Of a stretch of DNA of 64,000 nucleotides, positions 1 to 14,215 are shown piece after piece (the stretch's first letter is position 1; the number at the start of each line of letters is the position of its first letter). The stretch spans positions 44,392,001-44,456,000 of the forward strand of contig OX597830.1 in the NCBI GenBank assembly GCA_951406725.2, given 5' to 3'. A program made the position numbers and the translations under genes. Source of the DNA: Octopus vulgaris. Its lineage: Eukaryota. The notes beneath the pieces are model-generated. The model worked only from the letters and a program-made list of their open reading frames with translations. It did not search any database and was not told the origin of the DNA.

Positions 1-271
1 CTTCCATAAACAAACTTGTCCAGACATGTCTCGGAGGGTAAATTTCTAGGTGCAATCTCATGGTAATCCATGACCGAAGGGTATCTTTATCCACACATAA
101 GCACCACTTATGAATGCATATAATCAACTTCCTATAAATATACTACTGCTCTAACGATTAGATTGTGCTTCTTTTTCGGATGATCCATGATCCACTGACA
201 ATATATGTATATATATATATATATATATGAATATATAAATATACATATATGTATACACACACACACACACA

Positions 272-309
<38 letters not shown>

Positions 310-324
310 AACATCTTTTTTTTA

Positions 325-730
325 TTTTTTGCATGTTTCAGTCATTAGACTACGGCTATACTGGGGCACCGCCTAGAATTTTTAGCCGGATGAATCGACT
401 CCAGTACTTAGTTTTTAAGCCTGGTACTTATTCTATCGGTTTTTTTTGCCGAACCGATAAATTACGAGGTCTTCAACACACCAACACCGATTGTCAAGCG
501 GTAATGAGAGACAAACACAGACACAAAGACACATCGACATAAATACACACACACATACACATATATACGACGGGCTTCTTTCAGTTTCCGTCTACAAAAT
601 CCACTCACAATGCTTTGGCCAGGCCGAGGCTATAGTAGAAGACATTTGCCCAAGGTGCCACGTAGTGGTACTGAATCCAGAGCCATGTGGTTGGGAAGCA
701 AACTTATTACTACACAGCCACTCCTGCGCC
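325..730 (-). mobile_element. tRNA-head SINE family A (internal TA/CA microsatellite)
   Basis: Reverse complement matches copies at 19474, 24013 and 31009. Family consensus has an A/B-box-like head (GGAGTGGCTGTGTGGT...GGTTCAGTCCC) and a tail (CCAGCATGGCC...TGACTGAAAC). Confidence 0.85.
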
Positions 731-1043
731 TATATCTTATATAATAAATGCGAAAATTAATTTCTGTGTCAGTGTGTCACACTTTGACCCTCCCTCTCTC
801 ACTGTTCAATGACACTTCTACTATTCCTCCTGTGGGGTGACAGTAATAGAAGGCATAGAGAGGGTGAGGGTGGTGGCGAAGACAGGGAGAGAGCGAGAGA
901 GAGAGAGAGAGAGGGAGAGAGAAAGAGAGTGACAGAGAAAGAATAAGAGAGGGAGAGAAAGAGAGACAAAGAAATTCAGACAGAGTTGATGATGTTTTAT
1001 TAAGAGTAGTAGTATTGATGGTGGCAGTGGGAGTAATAATAAT

Positions 1044-1082
<39 letters not shown>

Positions 1083-1345
1083 AGAGAAATAGTGGGTAAG
1101 TGAGAGAAAGAGGGAGATGATGTACAACTTTCTTTAATCATATCTCTTTGACAGAAATTCCTGTGGCCAATATACTGAACACTGAACCAACATACTGAAC
1201 ACTGAACCAACATACTGAACACTATCATTTCTGTTTTATTTTTTGCTTGCTTTAATACACACACACATACACATATATATACATACGTACACACACATAT
1301 ATAAATACACTTTAATTAAATACAGTTTCCCCATAGTTAAACATA

Positions 1346-1890
1346 TCTAATATAATAAATGTGAATGTCAGTGTGTCAGTGTATCACACTTTTTCAACTT
1401 AACTTCTTGAGGCCATAGCCCAACATATCATACCATTTTGAAATCAGACTGATTCCATGATTAAATTAAAAATCATTCCGAGTTGAATCCGGACCCACAA
1501 TCCCAAAATTTTGGATTTCCAAGTTTTCACTACTGTGATTGTTTTCAGCAATTTTTTTTACGTGACTTTTTGCGACAGATTATTTTTTGTACAATAACAA
1601 TTTTTATAATCTAAAGGCCAACTCTGTGAATAAATTTAAAACATTCTGGGCCGAATCCAGAGCTGCAATCCTGAAGTTTTGGATTCTTGTTTTCATTGTG
1701 GATTGTTTTCGGCGATTTTTTTTTACATGATTTTTTGCGACGAATTGGGATTTGACTCTGGAGGAAGCAACTGCAGCAAATTTTCCAAAACAAATCAGAG
1801 ATCTGTTTGCAGATCTTCCCATTCGGGACGAGTTGCTTAAAAGTTATAAACAAGCTTAAAAGCCGCCCGGGAAGGCGGTTTTTAAGCTAA
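1346..1890 (+). mobile_element. Non-autonomous Helitron-like element
   Basis: Starts A|TC (TCTAATATAATAAA) and ends with hairpin AGCTTAAAAGCCGCC-CGGGAA-GGCGGTTTTTAAGCT then CTAA|T. Second copy at 20391-20896 and a 5' stub at ~735-790. Confidence 0.7.
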
Positions 1891-1895
1891 TATAC

Positions 1896-1962
<67 letters not shown>

Positions 1963-1972
1963 CATACATACA

Positions 1973-2008
<36 letters not shown>

Positions 2009-2592
2009 TATATACATACATATATATATGGAGAGAGAAAGAGAGAGAGGGAGAGGGAACGAGAAAGAAAGAGAGAGAGGGTATATGTATATGTATATAT
2101 ATATATAACTACAAAATTAGAGAATGGAGAAACATACTTAAATCAGTAAAACATCAACTATCCGATGATACTCAATCCATACTTTAATACACCATTACAT
2201 ATGAGTAAAGCAATCCCATGGTGGGTTGAATTTTCAACCCCTATCTCATTTTATATATATATATATATATATTAGTTTCATGTAACGAGAGCATGCCAGG
2301 CAGTATATCTTTACATGTCTGGTGTCCCAGCACAATCATCAGGCACTGGGACACCACACATGCTAAAAAATAGCGTCTGGCATACCCTCATCAAATGAAA
2401 CAAATAGTAATACGCAAAAACATATTCTGTGCTCATTAGATAATATTTATCTCTTACCAGATGGAGCACGTTTTTGTTAATATTACCATCACGGAACAGT
2501 ACACTATATATATATTTCTCTCTGTCTCTCTCCCTTCTCTACGTTTTCTCTCTTTCTCTCGCTCTCTCTCTTTCATTCTTTCTCTCTCTCTG

Positions 2593-2694
<102 letters not shown>

Positions 2695-2708
2695 GTACGC
2701 TTATACGC

Positions 2709-2742
<34 letters not shown>

Positions 2743-3414
2743 TCTGTGTACATACATATATATGCGCGCGCGCGAGCATGTGTGTGGTCTGTGTGTGTAT
2801 ATATGCAAATATACTCATGCACCCACATACATCCATGAATGTAAAAATTAGTAAGGGATGCACTGACAGTTATCCCCCATCTTGGACCTTCTCTAGCGTT
2901 TCTTTCTGCATGTGCATTTCTCCAAGTATCTTAACTATTAATAATTCTCGTTATATATTTCCCCCGTAAGAAGCCATGTTTTGTGAAGATTAACATGAAA
3001 ATCTTCTTTCTGATGTTTTCTCTCTTTTGTGTGCATTTATTTTGAAACAGCAGCCTTTTAATGAATGCACTCTGCTCCTTAACTCATTCCATTTCCCATG
3101 TTCATTCAGTAATGTTAGACACAAACGATGAAAATCTACTTCTGAATGTCCGCTCAAACTGTAGTGCAGAATTTATAGATTCCCTGTTTTATTACGTGCT
3201 CTTTTTCTATGAAATACTTGTTTATCGTGTAATACACCTGTGTAAAAGTTTATGTTCTGACTATCTTTGTTACAATCTTCACAACATTCTGAAAATGGAG
3301 GAAAAAATCACAGTAACAGTTAATGGCATATTTAGCCTCTCTCACTCTCTTTCTTTCTCTTTCTCTGCACCTCACCACACAACTTTTCTTTTTTTTTTCA
3401 GAAAAAAGTACGAA

Positions 3415-3720
3415 TCGCCTCCAGTACGTTTTTTTAATCCGTAAAGCCAGGTACTTATCCTATCGTTCACTTAAGCCAAACTGCTAAGTTACAGGAACGT
3501 AAACACAGCTACACCGTTTGTCAAACAGTGATGGCGACAAGCACAGACAGACACATACATATTTACGACGGGCTTCTTTTCAGCTTCCGTTTACAAAATC
3601 CACTTACAAAACTTTGGTTGACCCGAGGCTCTAGCAATTACCCAAGGTGTCACGAAGTAGGACTGAACCCCTGAACTTTGTAGTTAGGAAGCAAACTTCT
3701 TACCACACGGCCACACCTGT
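3415..3720 (-). mobile_element. SINE family A, partial
   Basis: Similar to the other family A copies in the window. Confidence 0.75.
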
Positions 3721-4502
3721 TCATATATATTTTGTCTGCTTAATTTTGTCGCCAAATAAGCAATTTTTCACTCATCAATTGTAATTTGATACTGGTGACT
3801 ACTTACTAGTCATTCAACATATTAATCCCCTCTTTCGTCCAGCTACCTCCAGTGGTTCTCAGCCATCTTTTGCTATCGATCTCCTTAATTCCTACTTTAC
3901 TCAACCAGACATCCTTTGCTGTTCACTGTCTGTAAAAAAAATCTTATTGTTTTATTTTTTCCTTTCTATTTTTTTCTATCATTTGTTTCAGTCATTTTGA
4001 CTGCGTCCATGTTAGAGCACCACTTTAAGGGATTTTAGTCGAACAAATAGACCCCAGGACTTATTCTTTGCAAGCCTAGTAGAGTGTAATCAATTAGACA
4101 GAATGTTATCGATTCTTCCATGTGTTAACAAATACCCCTTTGCGCCAATGTAAACTTTCATTCAATCAAGATACCCTTGGCCTGACGAGTAGCCTGTGGA
4201 ATACACCTCTCTTGGATATTTACCACTTTCGAGGTTCTGCTTGCTATGAAACATATGTAACCCGGATCTTGTCTACTCCATTCCTTAACCTTTGTATTCT
4301 TATTCACACACCTGGCAACCCTGGTCTCCTATCGTGAAATATAAAAAGGAACTTTTTTCGATTTATCGCACTTCAGTATGAAAAAAAAATCCACAATCTT
4401 ACGTCACAATGAACCAATACTGTCTCTGAAAGTTGTTTTTTATATTTACTATGGATTGCTTCAAGCTAACGTTCTTCCTACACCTCGATCCTTGGATCTA
4501 TG

Positions 4503-4542
<40 letters not shown>

Positions 4543-4599
4543 TGCATATAAACATACATATATACATACATTCACACACATACACACACATATACATAC

Positions 4600-4649
<50 letters not shown>

Positions 4650-4652
<3 letters not shown>

Positions 4653-4820
4653 GATTTTCTTCCTTTGTCTTCCTTTCTATTGGACTTTCCTCTGTTTCTG
4701 AAGAAGAATGTTGCTTGAAATGTTAAACCATCTTTCTTTCCCTCTCAGAGCGTCTGCTAATACTTTACATGTCCTCGTGTTGTTGTTTTTTTGTGTTTGT
4801 TCTTCTTTTTGGGGATTTAC
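4650..4820 (+). mobile_element. Short Penelope-like repeat with minimal hammerhead motif (4694-4728)
   Basis: GTTT-CTGAAGA-A-stemII(decayed)-GAAA-TG-TT-AAAC. Homologous to 18425-18620 and 23770-23975. Flanked by (TA)n. Confidence 0.6.
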
Positions 4821-5099
4821 TATATATATAAATGTATGTATACAGAAAATATCAATAAAATAAATATTAATATCCTCAAAAATATATATTAATATATATA
4901 AATGGCGGTGCCCCAGCATGGCCACAGCTCATGAGCTGAAACTGGAAAAATCAAAATCAAAAATCAAAATACAACATTAATAAGGTTATACAAAATTAGT
5001 GAAATTGGAACTGAACATCTGAAATTTTATCAGGAGTTGAAGCAACGTATGGAATCAAGGGATCTTAGAATTAATTAATTTGGCAAAAACTATGTAGAA

Positions 5100-6152
5100 A
5101 AGGCATCGTTAGAAAGTCCATAAGGTGTACTCAGTGGAAGCTATGGACACATAAGAGGTGCGGTAGTATCAAAGGTAAGTTAACAGAGAAATAGTCTGTG
5201 TGTGGCAGATGTACAGGTACAGTAAACACTAGAAAATAAACTCTGTCAAATGTCAGTGGGGGATATCTAAAACTAGTTGGTAGCTTCTGTTATCTTGGTG
5301 GCCAAGTCAGCAGTGGAGGCAGATGCTCAGAGAGCATAGCTGCTATAATAAGAATAGATCCTCTTACCTCTGTTGGCAACAAAGAGCCTCTCTCTCTCAT
5401 TGAAGGGCAAATTATATGATGCCTGTGTGTGAACAGCCATTATATAATGAGCGGAGCATGGTCTGTGACTGCAGAGGACATGCAAAGGCTTGAGAGAAAT
5501 GAAACTAGTATGCTCCACTGGATGTGTAATGTCAGTGTTCATGTACAACAGAGTGTAAGCATCTTGAGAGAAGAGTTGGGCATAAGAGGCATCAGATGTG
5601 GTGTGCAAGAGAAATGATTGCACTGGTTTGGTCATGTGATGTATATGGATGAGTACAGTTGTGTGAAGAAGTGCTGATCTCTAACTGTTGAGTGAACCTG
5701 TGGAAGAGGTAGACCCAAGAAGACATGGGATGAGGTGGGGAAGCATGATCTTCAAATGTGGGGTCTCATGGAGGCAATGACAAAGCATTGCGATCTTTGG
5801 TGATTTGCTGTGCTTGAGGAAAGCTTGTCAAGTGAAATTGTAGTTGTGGCCAGTGCCAGTAACGCATAACAGCACCAGCGCCAATGACACATAAAAGCAC
5901 CTGTGCTGGTGGCACATAAAAACTTCAGTGCAGGTGACATGTAAAAGCAACCATGCTGGTGACACATGAAAAACAAACACAACAGTCTCAGTGTGGTTGG
6001 CATTAAGAAGGACACCCAGCAGCAGGAACCAAGCCAAAGTCAGATTGGATCCTCATGCTCCTCGGCTTGCTAGTTCCAGTTAAACCATCTAGCCCATCAC
6101 AGCATGGAAAGCGGACATTAAATTATGATGGTAATGATAATGACAATGATGA
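5100..6152 (+). mobile_element. RTE-clade LINE, decayed 3' part with (GAT)n tail
   Basis: Translates in pieces to the RTE C-terminus (RLERNETSMLHWMCNV, GRPKKTWDEV) with stops. Homologous to 14216-15232. Confidence 0.8.
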
Positions 6153-6300
6153 CATATGACAAATATATACACAGAAACATACGTACATATATATATATTA
6201 TGTATATACACATACCTATATATATACATATACATGTGCATGTGCATATTTATAAATGTTTACATTTACTTGTATATATATATATATACATATATATATG

Positions 6301-6385
<85 letters not shown>

Positions 6386-7054
6386 GTATATGTATGTATG
6401 TATATGTATGTAGAAGGCATGCCAAATCAGATTGGAGCCTGGTGCAACCTCGCATCTAGCATTCTAAATCAAACCGTCCAACCCTGCCAGCATAGAAAAC
6501 AGATGTTAAACGACGACAATGATGATGATGTATATATATATATATATAAATAATCAGTTTGGGGATTTATCAATAGATATGTGGGTATTGTATTTCAGAT
6601 TATGCAAAAAATAACAAAACGTGTATATCTGAAGGAAAACTCGTGGTATCTAAATACACATCAAGAAATAATACTTTAAGGATAAAACCAATACACCAGC
6701 AGGGTATAAAAAGCATACTTCCTTAATTATCTCCTACTTAGGTTAAAATTATCTGTATTTTTCACGTTATTTTTCACATTTAATCACAGACATCTTCATT
6801 CTGATGTATAATGTTTTATCTTCTGTTTGACATTATATACTTGACTTTCTAAGTTTGATATATGTATGCAAATATATATTTAATTTGTAATTTTTAATTC
6901 TTAACTTTGTAAATTTTTAATTTTTAATGTTTTAATTTAAAGCTTAATTTTAAGGTGATGCAAAATTAGGATGACAATATTTTGGAAAAGAACCTGAAGA
7001 TGTGTTGGTAGAATTGTAAATCTGATGATTACATATATATACATACATACATAC

Positions 7055-7110
<56 letters not shown>

Positions 7111-7144
7111 TATATATATATGCATATATATATATATATGTATA

Positions 7145-7204
<60 letters not shown>

Positions 7205-7689
7205 TAAATAGGTGTGTGTATTTTTTCCTTGTTAACAATTAACACGGAAACAATAGATAAATCGTTACCAGGGTAGCAAAAAATCATACAAGTAAAGATT
7301 TTTCTTTTACTTCTGACACTTGTTTTGAAGATATCACCGATATTATTCCAAATGAATAAAATGGTGTAAAACGATGTAATCTTCTCTTCAGGGAAGTGAA
7401 GAAATGAAACTTGTCAATAAGACATTTTAACAGAAACTGATGGATATGTATAGTGATTAACTGAACGCTATTAATATTGTTTAAAACATTATATGATATA
7501 ACGTCAGAGGTAGCCTATAGAAAGAGGAGGGATAAAGTAAAGAAAAACTAAATAAATGAGAAGTATATAACTATAACTATATTAAATAAAACCTTCTATA
7601 CTAGGAAAATATGTATTTAGTGAATGTGAAACATAAAAAGAAAATTAATGTTTAAATTATATATAATGATAGAGATCACTTATATGAAC

Positions 7690-7860
7690 TAAAGGTGTGT
7701 TTTTGCCAATGTTTACATCGGTATGCACGCTCTATAACCGTGTTTACTAGGGGATTTTTAGATAAAATAATGAAAAAATAGTTCAGAATTACAGAGAAGA
7801 CAGAATTCCTTGCCTTTGCCATAAGGTATCAAGATTGAGAGAATCAACCAATCTAAGTTA
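7690..7860 (-). mobile_element. Penelope-like element C-terminal relic
   Basis: Frameshifted PYGKGKEFCLLCNSE...NPLVNTVIERAYRCKHWQKH resembles the CxLC...LN...E...CRH terminal motif of Penelope-like ORFs. Confidence 0.45.
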
Positions 7861-7882
7861 AACTGTTTATTATGTTTTTTTA

Positions 7883-7950
<68 letters not shown>

Positions 7951-8317
7951 GTATATATATATATATATATACATATATATACATACACCCCCCCTACACA
8001 CATATACATATATATACAGACACACACACATACATATATATATATATTTATATTAGTGATTTTTAAAATTCTCAAATGCAGGATAATTTGTTTTTATATA
8101 TTTATTTTTATGTTCAGTTATAATAAAAAGAATTTTATATTAATCTGATGGATTACTCTATACTTTTGTAGAGTAGAAATTTTATTATTCTTAAAAAAGA
8201 AGAGTATTGAAAACGACATCGAAGTTACAGTCAGTTAAGCCATTGTTCGGCTGCAATGATGTCTAACAGTCTGAAACTTTGAAGTCACTTCAATAATATT
8301 TTTGGTTAAGAATAACA

Positions 8318-8356
<39 letters not shown>

Positions 8357-8357
8357 C

Positions 8358-8611
8358 TGAGACCCCCTTCGGTCATGTCTGACCATGGGATTGCACCTAG
8401 AAAGTTGCCCTCAAGACACAAGTCCGGACAAAGTTGTTTATGGAAGACCAGCAGTCGCCCATGTATACCAGCCTCCACTCTCCACACCACCAGTGTTATC
8501 CAATTGAAAAGCAAAGGGGCCGATACAGCTTGGCACCTGTGACATCGCAACTCATTTCTACAGCTGAGTGAACTGGAGCAACGTGAAATAAAGTGTCTTG
8601 CTCAAGAACAC
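8358..8611 (-). mobile_element. SINE-like repeat family C
   Basis: Shares sequence with 1-90 (inverted) and 45630-45810 (AGCTGAGTGAACTGGAGCAA...GCTCAA core). Confidence 0.6.
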
Positions 8612-9195
8612 GAGAAAAAAATGGAAAACAGGACATGTAAACACAGAGAAATGGCCCTTCATCAGTTGTCAGCTGTCTATTTACTCCTCATTTTGAGCAT
8701 TTGACAACAATAATATTAGTCCTAGAGTGCACAGTGTTCCTAAAGGTCAGTGATGGTCTTCCTCAGTCATGAGTGGATGGCCATCATCATATACGTTTAT
8801 ATATATATGGCAGAGCATTCAGCTGTAAAAACCTTGCTAAAACTGACTTTGCCTCTGCTTGTGCCACATACAAAATAATCTATCCACTCTGCCGGGTGGT
8901 TGGTGTTAGGAATGATATCCAGCTGTAAAAGCCCAGCCAAAACAGACACTAACATCAAGTGCAGGCTCCTGTCAAGCCGTTCCACCCATGCCAGCATAGA
9001 AGACAGATGTTATACAATGATGATGATGATGATGATATATATATATATAATAAAATATTAGGGAGTAAATCCAAACTTACAGGGAAAAATTAGATTTAGG
9101 ATTAAATCTAATTTTATTGTATAAATATATATTATATTAAATTAGAGATAAAACCACTATTTGATTTGCCTAATAGTGGTTTTATCTCTAATTTA

Positions 9196-9237
<42 letters not shown>

Positions 9238-9731
9238 TGCATACAGATTATTAATTAGCCCTTTAGCACTTAATCTGGCTATATCAGACCAAAATATTGT
9301 TCTTGTTATATGTTCAAACAGGACTGATCTGTTCCCTCACACCTACCCTGTAATGTCATTCTATAGATAAACAACCACATCACTGAAATCTCAAAGCTTT
9401 GAGATAGTTTGTGATTAATTCAAAATAATGTGGATAAATAAGGATTAGATTAGACAGAGAAATATGAGTACTTAGAGAATTAAGACTAGTATGGTCCCTT
9501 GTTGGGTCAATAGGTACATATTTGGTTCTAATTGGGTCTCTTTAATTAATTTTCATTTCTTTTCTTTCTGATAATCACTAATCACTGAGAGAAAGGCAGG
9601 AATGCCATTCTTTCTGATTCTCTCTTCCTTTCTTTTTATTAAAGTTTTGGCGCCATGACACACCAACTAAACAATAACATTGTAGTTGAGAGTGGTTAAC
9701 TGTCTAAAGTGTGACCAAAAATCTGAACCAC

Positions 9732-9817
<86 letters not shown>

Positions 9818-10411
9818 TTGTGAAGATTAGTGTTATTTTGTTATCCTCTTAGGTGAAATTCTCCAAAAGCACTAAATTATAAACATTTCAACTAATTGCA
9901 TTGTGAGTTTTAAAATAAGGGAAAATAATTCAACTGACCACTCCTACTGATGAAAGCTGAAGATAAAATGAAATGACAAAACAATGGTCACTTAACACAT
10001 CTTTTTCTTTTTTTATTTTAAGAATATAGGGATAAAAATTAATGAAAACTTACCTGAAGTAACATTCTTACATTCTTACAAAAGATAAATTATTTGTCCT
10101 GGGTATTGAACACCTGCATATATGAGGAATAAATAAAGTGAATTGTCAGCTAAAAGAAAATAATATGTTATCTTTTAGAACATTAGCAGAAATTGCAACT
10201 AATGCATTAGTGTGTGACTGTTTTTCCCTAACTCTGTCACATCCAATTATGTCAACAGTGTCACTATGGATACTAAAGTCCTGTTGTCACGTTGACCTAA
10301 TTAGTTCTTTCATTAATCTCTGTATTCGTGTATGTAAATATGAGAATGCATATGCAAGTTTGTGTGTGTGCATGTTTAATATACACATCACCACAATCAT
10401 AAATGCACATA

Positions 10412-10617
10412 TTAGGTTGGTACATAATTATTGCGGCTTTTTTTTTCAATAAATTTTATTCAACAAAATATTTTAACAAAAACACCAAGCAGAAATTGAA
10501 GTAGATGGTGAATATGCTCAGGAATAATCATTTTAAGATGTTTTTGTTAAATATTGTTATTGCTTTTGTTGAATAAAATTTATTGAAAAAAGCTGCAATA
10601 ATTATGCACCAACCTAA
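10412..10617 (+). mobile_element. mariner-derived MITE
   Basis: TIRs TTAGGTTGGTACATAATTATTGC / GCAATAATTATGCACCAACCTAA with TA on both sides. Interior holds transposase C-terminal codons (IEVDGEYAQE*). Confidence 0.85.
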
Positions 10618-10757
10618 TACATAAAAACATGTGCACATACATGCACTCATACATGCACACATACACATATTTACTTATGCACGCACACACACACATATGT
10701 ATGTATAGAGTGTTTGAAGTGGTGTACAGATATTGTATATTCTTTTTTTGTATATAT

Positions 10758-10966
10758 TTTTCTACTCTAGGCACAAGGCCTGACATTTTTGGGGAGGGGG
10801 ACCAGTCAATTAGATCGACCCGAGTACATAACTGGTACATAATTTATTGATCCCAAAAGGATGAAAGGCAAAGTCAACCTCCATGGAATTTGAACTCAGA
10901 ACGTAAAGACAGACGAAATACTACTAAGTATTTCGCCTGGCGTGCTAACAATTTGGCCAGTTTGCC
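10758..10966 (-). mobile_element. SINE family B
   Basis: Matches the family core GTTCTGAGTTCAAATTCC...GACTTTGCCTTTCATCC. Confidence 0.8.
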
Positions 10967-11336
10967 TCTTACAGATATTGTATATTGAGAAAAAGGAGGC
11001 AGTCAGAATTTTGGATAATTCTTTATTAGCATTCCAAAATTTTGATTGCCTTCTTTCTCTCAATCCTCCTCCTCATCATCATTTAATGCCCGCTTTCCAT
11101 GCTGCCACGGGTTATATGGTTTGACTTAGGGCGGGCGGGTGAGCTAGAAGGCTACACCAGGCTCCAATCCGATCTGGCAATGTTTCTACTGCTGGTTGCT
11201 CTTCCTAACATCAACAACTCTGAGAGTGTAGTAGGTGGTTTTTACATGCTACTGGCATGAGGGCCAGTCAGGCGGTACTGGCATTCACCTTGCTTGGATG
11301 GTGCCTTTTATGTGCCACTGGCATGGGAGCCAGTCA

Positions 11337-11406
<70 letters not shown>

Positions 11407-11771
11407 CATAGACAGACATACATATATGGCTGTATGCATATCTGTGTGTGATTTACATGTATTCTTTTAAGATCCCACTTAAACTTTGTAGGGCAGACGT
11501 CGAAGGAAAATTATTCCACTGCTGAGCATCTGATATTTCTGGTCACAGATATTCAATGCATTCTTTTTGTTTTGAAGACAATAGTAAGTGATTCAAGGGA
11601 GATTTGCTTGTAATGAATAAATGTGTATACGTGTGAATATAAATGCGTGTGTGTTTGAATGTCTGCATGCGTGTGTGTGAATGTGGTCATGTATGTGCGT
11701 GCATGCATGCATGTGTTTGTGTGCTTCTGTGTGATTGTTCATATTTCTATATATATATATATATATATACA

Positions 11772-11819
<48 letters not shown>

Positions 11820-11837
11820 CACACACATATATATATT

Positions 11838-12057
11838 CTTTTATTCTTTTACTTGTTTCAGCCATTTGACTGCAGCTATGCTGGAGCATTGCCTTTAGTT
11901 AAACGAATCGACCCCAGGACTTATTCTTTGTAAGCCTAGAACTTATTTTATCAGTCTCTTTTGTCAAACCACTAAGTTATGGGGATGTAAGCACCAACGT
12001 CGGTTGTCAGACGAAGGCGGGGGGTACAAACACAGACACACAAACCCACACATATAT

Positions 12058-12128
<71 letters not shown>

Positions 12129-12238
12129 CACACACACACACATGTATATGTCTACCAATTCACTCACAAGGCTTTGGTGGCCTGAGACTATAGTAGAGGG
12201 CACTTGCCCAAGGTGCAATGCAAGCTTCTTGCCACACA

Positions 12239-12240
<2 letters not shown>
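11838..12240 (-). mobile_element. SINE family A
   Basis: Similar to the other family A copies. Confidence 0.8.
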
Positions 12241-12276
<36 letters not shown>

Positions 12277-12349
12277 CCCTGTGCATATATGTATGAGTGT
12301 ATATGAGTTTATGCAGGTTGCTACTTATAGATGTATGTAAATGTGTGTC

Positions 12350-12381
<32 letters not shown>

Positions 12382-12870
12382 TGTATGTATGTACGTACGT
12401 ATGTATGTATGTATGTATGTATGTATGTATCTATAAATCTCCCTTTGCCTACATATATATATCTGTGTGTGTGTGTGTTTATGTCTAAGCATATAGACAG
12501 ATACATATATGTGTGTGATTCTGTATACCTTGCATCTGTAGTATGTATACAATAAGCACACACACAATAAACACACACACACACACACTCATACATGAGT
12601 ATCATTTACGAGCATGTATAACCTTAATCACTTGTCCACTTATGCACATGTACACACATGTACACAGCATGCAAACATATTTGTTGTCAGCTCTAGGCTG
12701 GAGTCAATCATTAAGTGAGCTGTCCTCTTTTACACTGACGACATTGAGGCTTGCTTGCATCTACACGTATCAACAGCTTCTAAATCAATATAACTAAGGA
12801 TTTACACACACACACACACACACATTATAGATAGATGCAGAAATATATATGTTTGTGTGTGTATATATAT

Positions 12871-13270
12871 ATATAAACAATATGAAAGATCACTATGTGG
12901 ATTCCTTGTATGCTAAAAATAGATGTTAACTGCCTTACCTTTAAATCAGTGTTCTCATCTTAGTAAGGCGCTAGATGTTTACGAGCTGGACAAGTGAAAA
13001 GAAATAAACATAGCACTTAATTCCATTCCTTAAGGTTTCGACATGAACAATTTAATAATTTTTTGTGTCTCTTCAGTGAAATTGGGGCCAACACAATGGC
13101 AGCCAATTATTGAATTGTTCATGTCGGAAACTTAAGGTATGGAATTAAGTGCTATGCTCGAAAACATCTAGCATCTTGCTAATTTGAGAACACAGGTTTA
13201 GTGGTAAGAGGGTTTGACGTCTATTTCTAGCATACAAGGGATCCACATAGGGATCTCTCATTGTTTATAT
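12871..13270. repeat. Imperfect long inverted repeat (Penelope pseudo-LTR-like) containing a type I hammerhead motif (13019-13083, -)
   Basis: Left and right arms are reverse-complementary. The - strand reads AATTTCA-CTGAAGA-GACA...TGTC-GAAA-CCTTAAGG-AA-TGGAATT. Confidence 0.7.
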
Positions 13271-13379
13271 TTAAGTAGAATTTACGATCCTCAGACATTT
13301 TTAAGTATGTTCACCATTAGTTGAAATTGATATTATATAATAATATTATTTAATAATATTAATTTCTACTCATATTATA

Positions 13380-13444
<65 letters not shown>

Positions 13445-13449
13445 AAATA

Positions 13450-13669
13450 TAAGGTTGGTGCATAATTATTGCAACTTTTGTTCAATAAATTTTATTCAAC
13501 AAAAACATCTTTAAATGGTTATTCTAATCGGCTGCCAAGCAGATGGGAAGCAGTAATTGAAGTAGATGGTGAATATGCTTCGGAATAATCATTTAAAGAT
13601 GTTTTTGTTAAATGTTATTGTTTTTGTTGAATAAAATTTATTGAAAAACTGCAATAATTATGCACCAAC

Positions 13670-13673
<4 letters not shown>
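13450..13673 (+). mobile_element. mariner-derived MITE (second copy)
   Basis: Same TIRs as 10412, TA flanks. Encodes RLPSRWEAVIEVDGEYASE*. Confidence 0.85.
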
Positions 13674-13713
<40 letters not shown>

Positions 13714-13767
13714 TGGTATATATATATATATATATATATATATGGATGGATGTATAAAGTGTACATC

Positions 13768-13836
<69 letters not shown>

Positions 13837-14123
13837 TGTATACTTACATATAAGAGACCAATATATGTATATGTAATGAATATGTATATATGTGTATGTA
13901 CATTCTTTTATTTTTTATTCTTTTACTTGTTACAGTCATCTGACTGTGGCCATGCTGGAACACTGCATTTACTTGAACAAATCAATCCCAGGACTTATTT
14001 ATTGTAAGCCTAGTACTTATGCTATCAGTCACTTTTGCCAAACTGCTAAGTTACAGGGATGTAAATACATCAACATCGGTTGTCAACATTTGTTCACAAA
14101 CACAGACACATAGACACCCACAT

Positions 14124-14160
<37 letters not shown>

Positions 14161-14215
14161 TACATATATATATATATATATGTGTATGTATATATGTATA
14201 TATATATATATATAT

